Below, piece after piece: positions 57,526 to 64,000 of a stretch of 64,000 nt of DNA. A program made the translations under genes and the position numbers. This DNA is from a virus. Lineage: Duplodnaviria > Caudoviricetes. Below the pieces are notes generated by a model that did no database searches, was not told the DNA's origin, and was given only the letters and a program-made list of their open reading frames with translations. Positions within the stretch are counted from its first letter, which is position 1. Each line of letters begins with the position of its first letter. The stretch is from positions 59,604 to 123,603 of the IMG/VR virus record IMGVR_UViG_3300035520_000607. One strand, written 5' to 3'.

Positions 57526-58006
57526 AGTTCTTTTTCTCTTGACAGAAACTTTACATGTAAAGTAAAGGAATGCGGAAATAGCTTTCAGCGTCGCATCTGC
57601 GAACATGATGCGACGAATTTAGGAACAAAAATACTTTACGCTTTTTTGACATGTAAAATGTATGTCAATTTACATCTGCTTGACATCCTAAAATGACACC
57701 GACTTGACATGTAAAGGAAATGTAAAGAAGATGATCAGTCAATTGACATGTAAATAGATTGTAAAGCAAACAATTTGTTCGATTTCATTTTTATTTTTGT
57801 TTTTTATTAGAAGTCATGCAAGACCTTTTGACACACGGGGCGGCGTTGCCGCATCTGTCAACCTGATGTAAAAGAGTAGCGTAAACCTGATGTAAGCCGA
57901 ACAATTTGTTCGATAAAAATAAAATTAAAAATTTTTTTAAAAAAATGTTGACATTTCTAGTTAGATTTGGTAGTATATAATTGTAATAAGAAAGGAATTG
58001 ATAGTT

Positions 58007-58156
58007 ATGTGGACTATAAAATATTTAAATAAAAATACTGGAAAGGTTATGGTAGAACAACTTGTAGCAAAGAAAGAAAGCACTGCTAAACAATGGGCAA
58101 AACAATTTGTTTTACATCATAATGAGTTTGAAATATTAGCAATTTTACCTTGCTAA
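58007..58156 (+). CDS. Small protein, 49 aa (not in track)
   Basis: MWTIKYLNKNTGK...; promoter plus AAAGGA RBS. Confidence 0.65.
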   Translation: MWTIKYLNKNTGKVMVEQLVAKKESTAKQWAKQFVLHHNEFEILAILPC

Positions 58157-58231
58157 TATTTCAAAAAAAGTATTGACATTTATAACTAATTTTGATAATA
58201 TATAATTGTAATAAGAAAGGAATTGATAGTT

Positions 58232-58489
58232 ATGTTAAATCAAGTAATTTTAGTAGGAAGAGTTGAGGACATCAACTTAGAAAGTAATTTAATAATGTTA
58301 AAAATATCTCAAAGGGGGACTGAAGATAGTTATGTTAATTGTATCTATCCTGATAGTATGTACGATACAGTTAATGAATACATCTATTTAGAACAAGTCT
58401 TAGGAATTAAAGGACGTCTTGAAACAATAGAAAATGAAACTATTGTAAAAATTGATAAAATTTCAATGCTTACATCAGGAGGTAATTAA
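58232..58489 (+). CDS. Short SSB-like OB-fold protein
   Basis: MLNQVILVGRV...LGIKGRLET; lacks acidic C-terminal tail. Confidence 0.7.
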   Translation: MLNQVILVGRVEDINLESNLIMLKISQRGTEDSYVNCIYPDSMYDTVNEYIYLEQVLGIKGRLETIENETIVKIDKISMLTSGGN

Positions 58490-58490
58490 A

Positions 58491-58640
58491 ATGAGATTAG
58501 TTGATAACATAGAAAATAAGAGTTATAAATCTTCTAAAATTGTAATCCGTATGTTATTAAAAAATTTATACGATACTTACAAAAAAGAAGGACTTCTAAC
58601 TGGAGTTATAAAAATAAAAGACACTTGGTACATCGGCTAA
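58491..58640 (+). CDS. Small hypothetical protein
   Basis: AGGAGG RBS before MRLVDN. Confidence 0.6.
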   Translation: MRLVDNIENKSYKSSKIVIRMLLKNLYDTYKKEGLLTGVIKIKDTWYIG

Positions 58641-58699
58641 GTGTCTTTTTGAGTACCATCATCTACCTTGACACGCCTGGCGGCGTTGCAGTCCGCAAT

Positions 58700-58729
58700 A
58701 TTATAACATAGTTAGGTTAGGTTTGTCAA
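58700..58729 (-). promoter_or_regulatory. Antisense sigma-70 promoter into GC-rich element (others: 59968-59997, 62231-62260, 63028-63056, 63966-63994)
   Basis: Perfect TTGACA-N17/18-TATAAT with extended -10 TG, no RBS/ORF downstream. Confidence 0.75.
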
Positions 58730-58883
58730 GAGAAAAAATATAAAAAATTGTAAATTTTACATTTTTCCTAAAATTAAAAAAATAAAAAAATTTTTTAAAA
58801 AAGTGTTGACATTAAAACCATAATTTGGTAGTATATAATTGTAATAAGAAAGGGATACCTGCTAAGGTATCAAGGTGTTAAAA

Positions 58884-59036
58884 ATGAATATTTATGTTGC
58901 TATGATTAAATTAGAAGATGGAGTTGTAGAAATGCCACAAACTAGATACTACTCACAAGCTAAAAAAGATATGGAATATCTAAATAAAGAATATAAAGAT
59001 GTTAAAGTTGGAGATGCTTATATTAGAATTTTCTAA
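58884..59036 (+). CDS. Small protein, 50 aa (not in track)
   Basis: MNIYVAMIKLEDG...; promoter and AAGGTG RBS. Confidence 0.6.
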   Translation: MNIYVAMIKLEDGVVEMPQTRYYSQAKKDMEYLNKEYKDVKVGDAYIRIF

Positions 59037-59121
59037 TATAAGCAACTTCTAATAAAAAAATGTTGACTTTTATAATAAATAATGATATTATATATATGTA
59101 ATAAGAAAGGAATTGATTATA

Positions 59122-59232
59122 ATGTTAGATTATTTAGAATTTTGTGAAAAATATGATTTAGAAAGTTGTGCTATATATGTAAATTATAGAGATACATATA
59201 TAGAAATTGAAAATAGAAAAGAGGTTATCTAA
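59122..59232 (+). CDS. Small protein, 36 aa (not in track)
   Basis: MLDYLEFCEKYDL...; same leader/RBS as neighbours. Confidence 0.5.
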   Translation: MLDYLEFCEKYDLESCAIYVNYRDTYIEIENRKEVI

Positions 59233-59233
59233 T

Positions 59234-59494
59234 ATGCTAAAAATAATATATAATGAAAAACCATATTATAGTAATGGTGGGGAATATAATGACCCTACAA
59301 CAAAAGACTTGACTATTACTTTTGATGATGAGGCAAGTACTCCTGAAATACTAGGACAAGTTATAAGATTGTTACAATTTATGACATATCCAGTCAATAG
59401 CAAAAAACAATTATATGATATAATTGATAGAATAGTTGATAGTAACTCTTTAATAGTTGATGACCTAGAAGAAGAAAATCAAGAACTTAATTAA
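59234..59494 (+). CDS. Acidic hypothetical protein
   Basis: Start MLKIIY after GAGG. Confidence 0.65.
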   Translation: MLKIIYNEKPYYSNGGEYNDPTTKDLTITFDDEASTPEILGQVIRLLQFMTYPVNSKKQLYDIIDRIVDSNSLIVDDLEEENQELN

Positions 59495-59584
59495 AAAAGT
59501 TCTTGATTTCTTGAATTAAATATAATATAATATAAATGTAATAAGGAAAGCCACCTTATAAAAATTAGAAAGTGAGTGATAAAA

Positions 59585-59749
59585 ATGGCAAATAAAAAAA
59601 GAAATACTAATATGAAGAAAGTTGTAGTTGATAAAAATGCTACTCAATTTATGAGAACAGCAGCAAACCTTGCAAGAAAAGGCAAAACTAATAAAAAACT
59701 ACATGGAAGAAATGCTAACCCAAAAGCAGCAAAATATGCTATCAACTAG
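59585..59749 (+). CDS. Highly basic 54-aa protein (not in track)
   Basis: MANKKRNTNMKKVVVDKNATQFMRTAANLARKGKTNKKLHGRNANPKAAKYAIN*; followed by hairpin/T-tract. Confidence 0.65.
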   Translation: MANKKRNTNMKKVVVDKNATQFMRTAANLARKGKTNKKLHGRNANPKAAKYAIN

Positions 59750-60216
59750 CATATTTTTTTATGGATGTCAAGTTTACATTTCCTTTACATTTAGATCTGA
59801 GTGTCGCGTAGTTGTAGGTCACGCGACGTTTTTGGGAGGATTAGATCTTTACAAAATATTTACATGTAAAACTGATGTCAATAGACAGATCCTTGACATC
59901 CCATAATTACACTGGACACACGCGGCGGCGTTGCTATTTCCGCCATCGACCAAGGGGACGCCGCAATATTATACCACATTGCTATTGAGTTTGTCAATAC
60001 TAAAAATGCAATTTTTTAATAAAATTTACATTTTCCTAAAATTAAAAATTTTTAAAAAAAGTGTTGACTTTTTTATGTAGATTTAGTAGTATATAATTGT
60101 ATTAAGAAAGAGACAACAAAATAAAAAAAATATTAAAAAAATTAAAAAAAAATGTTGACTTTTACTTAATAGTTTGTTATCATAATAATGTAATAAGAAA
60201 GAGAGAGATAAAATTT

Positions 60217-60960
60217 ATGATTAAAAAAATTGATTTAAAAAATGAGAGATATTTAATGTTTATAGACACTGAAACAATAGGTAGTCTATTCGTTAAGGAA
60301 AGTGTTCTACCTTTTGAAATAGGTATGAAAGTATATGACACTGAACAAAAGAAAGTTGTTAAAGAAAAAAGTTATCTAGTAAGAAAATTCTTTAATAATA
60401 AATATGTAATGTTATCTACATTTAGTGCTACAAAATATCCTAACTATTTTGAAAAACTAGACACTGATAAAAGATATAAAACATATAGTGTTAAAGATAT
60501 TGCTACTGATATTGAAAAAATAATATCAAGATATAATATAAAGGTTATGGTAGCACATAATGGAAACTTTGATAAAACTGCTATGGCAAGATTATTTGAA
60601 GAGTTTGGTACTGCTAACCCATTTGAAAATATAGATTTACTAGATACTATGGAATTATCAAAAGTAATAACATTTAGTAAAGATTATACTGATTATTGTA
60701 TAGCACATAAAGATAGATTAAATTCTATGAAAGAAAGTTGTTTTATCACTAATAGTGGTAGAGTAAGAACAACAGCACAGGCTATTTATTGCTATATCAC
60801 TGATAATGCTGATTTTGAGGAGGCACATACTGGACTTGAAGATATAGATATTGAAATATGTATATACCAAACAAGCATGGACTTATTAGGAAACACAATA
60901 GTAAATCTAAATACTAGTCCTAGTTGGAAAGATTACTCAAAAGTAATAGAAGAAGATTAA
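60217..60960 (+). CDS. DEDDh 3'-5' exonuclease
   Basis: FIDTET (ExoI), AHNGNFD (ExoII), AHTGLED (ExoIII). Confidence 0.88.
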   Translation: MIKKIDLKNERYLMFIDTETIGSLFVKESVLPFEIGMKVYDTEQKKVVKEKSYLVRKFFNNKYVMLSTFSATKYPNYFEKLDTDKRYKTYSVKDIATDIEKIISRYNIKVMVAHNGNFDKTAMARLFEEFGTANPFENIDLLDTMELSKVITFSKDYTDYCIAHKDRLNSMKESCFITNSGRVRTTAQAIYCYITDNADFEEAHTGLEDIDIEICIYQTSMDLLGNTIVNLNTSPSWKDYSKVIEED

Positions 60961-61088
60961 AAAATCTTCTTCTACATACTAAAAAAGTGTTGACAAAAAA
61001 TAATAAAAATGCTATCATAATAATGTAATAAAGGTTAAGCCAAAACCTTTATATATAAAATAAAAAATAAGAAATGGAGTTGATTAAA

Positions 61089-61472
61089 ATGGCACAAACA
61101 AAATTAACAAAGGTAAACAAAATTAATATGTTACTAGAAATGAGTGAGGTACAAGCAAATCTTGAATTAGTAGAATTTCTTGAAAATGAAAAAGCATTAA
61201 TTCAAAAGAAAAATGCTAACAAAACTGCTAAAAAATCTAATGAAGATACAATAGTATGTGATATGTTAGTTGAGGAGTTAGCAAAAGTTGGACATCCTTG
61301 CACTATTACTGAATTAATGACATCTAGTGAAGTTATTCAAAACTATGTATTAGAAAATGGCAAACCATTAACTAATCAAAAAATCACTGCAATGTTTAAA
61401 TCTATACTAGATATAAGAGTAGTAAAAATTCCTAAAGGAAAATCTAATCTATACAGTGTAAAAGAAGTGTAA
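61089..61472 (+). CDS. Winged-helix-like DNA-binding protein, paralogue A
   Basis: MAQTKLTK..., TITELM, LTNQKITA; similar to 63430..63810. Confidence 0.65.
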   Translation: MAQTKLTKVNKINMLLEMSEVQANLELVEFLENEKALIQKKNANKTAKKSNEDTIVCDMLVEELAKVGHPCTITELMTSSEVIQNYVLENGKPLTNQKITAMFKSILDIRVVKIPKGKSNLYSVKEV

Positions 61473-61537
61473 ATTAACACTTCTTTTTTTTATGTAAAAA
61501 AAGTATTGACAAGCACCCCTAAATGTGATATAATGGT

Positions 61538-61569
61538 CGTGTCGCATCTGACTGCTGCGACACGTTTTT
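61538..61569 (+). terminator. GC-rich hairpin plus T-tract immediately after a promoter
   Basis: CGTGTCGCA-N9-TGCGACACG-TTTTT starting 4 nt after TATAAT. Confidence 0.65.
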
Positions 61570-61857
61570 AGAATAACAATAGCCCTAAAAAATAATGCGG
61601 CAAGCAAAATGAGTTAAAAAAATTTTAGCAATTTTCCTAAAAATGAACACTTTATCGTAAAAAAGATATTTTAGCTTTAAAATAGAAAATAATCTACAAA
61701 ATCAATAGCAAAAAGAAAATGAGAGACTTAAAAACAATGCGGAAAGTGGCTTTAATGCCCGTTAACCGACACCGCCGCATCTATTAATTGCCTTTCCGCA
61801 AATTTTTTGTTATAATTATAATGTAATAAATAATAGAATAGAAAGGAAAATAGAACG

Positions 61858-62049
61858 ATGAAGATTTATGTCTTAGTTACTTCTTCAGTAATTACTGGCG
61901 TTTACTCTTCTCTTGACTTACTCACCGCTGACCTTACTACAAAATTTAAATCCGAGTCACTAGATAGAGTAGAAGAATGAGATTTAGATAAAGGTTTTGT
62001 AAAAAATGTTAATGTATCTAAACAAACTATTATTACTGTTGAAGATTAA
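61858..62049 (+). CDS. Small protein, 63 aa (TGA=Trp at 61978)
   Basis: AAAGGA RBS; MKIYVLV..GVYSS...RVEE*DLDKG...ED*. Confidence 0.6.
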
Positions 62050-62403
62050 TTAATGATACTTATTGACTACGGTCAAGAAGTATCGGTTCTATTTTCACTA
62101 GACCCATCAAGTATTCACTTGACAAAAAATGGGTAAAATATTTTTTAAAAAATTTTCCTAAAATTCCTTACCTTCCGCGGCTTTACCTAGAGCCGCATTT
62201 TTTTTGTCTAGCGTCATGAGACTCCGCAATATTATACCACATAGCCTTTAGTTTTGTCAAGAATAAATTTTTATTTTTTACACTTTTTTTGTAAAACTCC
62301 TAAAATTAAAAAAATTTAAAAAAAGTGTTGACATTTATAATTAATTTTGATAGTATATAATTGTAATAAGAAAGGGACACGAAAGTGTTAAAGGTAATTA
62401 ATT

Positions 62404-62586
62404 ATGGTACTATACTTACATTCAATTTATCACGGGGGAAACAAATATTTTTCATTAGATTATTGGGATAAAGAAGATAAATGCTTCCATACTGTTATGG
62501 ACTGTATTGGTGGAGTTATGCCAATGAAAACTCTTTATGGCATAGCAAGAATTTTAGGAGCAAGAAAAGTAGTGCTTGACATTTAA
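62404..62586 (+). CDS. Small hypothetical protein
   Basis: 60 aa, own promoter. Confidence 0.65.
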   Translation: MVLYLHSIYHGGNKYFSLDYWDKEDKCFHTVMDCIGGVMPMKTLYGIARILGARKVVLDI

Positions 62587-62634
62587 GCACTAACTTGCTA
62601 TAATAATAATGTAATAAGAAAGGAATTGGTAAAA

Positions 62635-62946
62635 ATGAAAGAAAAATTAAATGATATAGTATGTGAAAGTTCTAGTGACTATGATATTTTAAATGAAGTT
62701 TATAATTATATTGAAAAATTAGAAAGAGAAAATAAAAAATTAAAAAAAGTATTTATTGTAAGTCAAAATAGTGATGACTCTGATATGATAACAAATGTAT
62801 TAGTAGTTGCTGATAATTGGGAAAAAGCCAAAGAATTAGGAGTTAAAGCATTTCAAAGAGATATCTTTTACGATTATTTTAATACTTATCCTGTTATAGT
62901 AAAAAGACTTGATTTAACAAGGGAATACGTAGTCACAACCTATTAA
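62635..62946 (+). CDS. Hypothetical protein
   Basis: ATG after AAAGGA leader. Confidence 0.65.
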   Translation: MKEKLNDIVCESSSDYDILNEVYNYIEKLERENKKLKKVFIVSQNSDDSDMITNVLVVADNWEKAKELGVKAFQRDIFYDYFNTYPVIVKRLDLTREYVVTTY

Positions 62947-63429
62947 TAAAATAGAATGTAAACTAGACAATTAGTTTACATTTTTTCTTGCTCGGCCCGC
63001 GCACATTTGATGCGGGCCGAATTCATAATTATACCATAAGTTTGAAAATTTGTCAAGTATTTTTTGCAAAAATTTTCAAATTTTACATTTCCTGAAACGG
63101 ATCTGTCAAGGGAATGTAAACTTTACATTTTTATTTACACTCAAAAATTTTTAAAAAATTTTAAATTTTTTATTGACTTTTTAAATAAAATTTTATACAA
63201 TATAAATGTAATAAATAAGAAATATAAAAAAGCAAAAAATATTAAAAAAAATGTTGACTTTCTTAATTAAATTTTATATAATATAAATGTAATAAAGAAA
63301 GTGATTAAAAAGTATTTAAAAAAAATAAAAAAAAATGCTTGACAATAAAACTTATTTATTATATAATATAAATGTAATAAAGGAAAAGCCAAACCTATAT
63401 TACATAAATAAGAAATGGAGTTGATTATT

Positions 63430-63810
63430 ATGGCACAAACAAAATTAACAAAGAAAGACAAAATCAAAATGTTATTAGGACTAAATGAGGTTCAAGAAAA
63501 TCCTGAATTAGTATCATTCCTTGAAAACGAATATGCTTTACTTGAAAAGAAAGCAAGTTCAAAATCAAATAAGACTAATGTTGAAAATGAAAAGGTTGCT
63601 GAAATCTTAGTTGCTGAATTAGCAAAAATGGAAAAACCTGTAACTATCAGTGAACTAATGAACGGAAGTGAAGTTATCAAAAACTATGTATTAGAAAATG
63701 GTAAAACATTAACTAATCAAAAGATAACATCTATTTTCAAAACATTAGTTGAAAATAAAACAATAGTTCATGAAACTAAAGGCAAAAATTCTTTATATAT
63801 GGTTGCCTAG
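63430..63810 (+). CDS. Winged-helix-like DNA-binding protein, paralogue B
   Basis: MAQTKLTK..., TISELM, LTNQKITSIFKTLV; three tandem promoters upstream. Confidence 0.65.
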   Translation: MAQTKLTKKDKIKMLLGLNEVQENPELVSFLENEYALLEKKASSKSNKTNVENEKVAEILVAELAKMEKPVTISELMNGSEVIKNYVLENGKTLTNQKITSIFKTLVENKTIVHETKGKNSLYMVA

Positions 63811-64000
63811 TATAAAGTGTTTGACAACTACACAATAAATAAGTTGTAAAAAGAGTGTAAAGAAATTTACATTCTTTTTTTTTTTTTATAAAAAAGTATT
63901 GACAAACCTATTTAAATGTGATATAATGAGCGGCCGGCGTTCGTGCGCTTCAGGCCGAATCCGCAATTATACCATAGTTTTGACTTTTTGTCAAGCAAAA

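Larger units (their letters stand above)
56687..63927 (+). promoter_or_regulatory. Array of about 17 sigma-70/sigma-A promoters, most followed by TGTAATAA(G)AAAGG leader
   Basis: -35 boxes at about 56687, 57252, 57948, 58173, 58805, 59063, 59502, 60064, 60155, 60990, 61506, 62328, 62576, 63173, 63254, 63339, 63899 with about 17-bp spacers and A-tract UP elements. Confidence 0.8.

Noticed and set aside
57897-57911. CGAACAATTTGTTCG as a Firmicute LexA (Cheo) box
   Set aside because: Spacer is 5 nt rather than the canonical GAAC-N4-GTTC; kept only as an unexplained palindrome
2067-61980. TGA as selenocysteine or glycine
   Set aside because: Contexts match Trp motifs (GW, WKRTA, WRE), not Cys or Gly, and no common SECIS-like hairpin follows the TGAs
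1921-63680. Short antisense or overlapping track ORFs (e.g. 1921..2124, 4449..4709, 7435..7808, 13064..13291, 18275..18526, 21213..21614, 35274..35561, 48058..48614, 52219..52464, 56864..57061, 59670..59906, 63064..63467, 63492..63680)
   Set aside because: They are shadows of real genes or run across promoter arrays; no RBS and implausible composition
57829-63965. GC-rich islands as CRISPR array, tRNAs or crRNA-mimic repeats
   Set aside because: No regular repeat-spacer periodicity, no cloverleaf or TTCGA T-arm with acceptor stem, no ATTGAAA(C/T) 3' handle

Overview
A 64-kb, very AT-rich segment of a large tailed phage, siphovirus-like and probably infecting a low-GC Firmicute/Bacilli host. 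The supplied ORF track is badly fragmented because the genome reads TGA as Trp. More than 50 in-frame TGA codons fall where Trp is expected, fragments rejoin in one frame, and every gene end I checked is TAA or TAG. After re-translation the layout is as follows. 1-2.5 kb (+): peptide deformylase, dUTPase, RuvC. 2.6-4.8 kb (-): five-gene accessory cassette. 5-55 kb (-): complete virion module with baseplate/tail-fibre genes, holin, DUF285/BspA-like LRR protein, a 2335-aa tail protein, a 2718-aa tape measure, tail tube, neck, major capsid, protease/scaffold, portal and terminase. 55-64 kb (+): early-type region of small ORFs, each behind a near-consensus sigma-70/sigma-A promoter. Less obvious features are (i) very uneven TGA use, absent from capsid/portal/tail-tube genes but frequent in terminase, tape measure and fibre genes; (ii) a fixed-spacing tripartite late-promoter candidate GGNC-N9-TAA-N16-WTDAWAY; (iii) repeated divergent-promoter cassettes whose antisense promoters fire into conserved GC-rich non-coding elements; (iv) apparent over-representation of TGCGG(A)/(T)CCGCA. 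No tRNA, rRNA, CRISPR array or reverse transcriptase was seen. Protein family calls are by motif recognition only; no database search was run.
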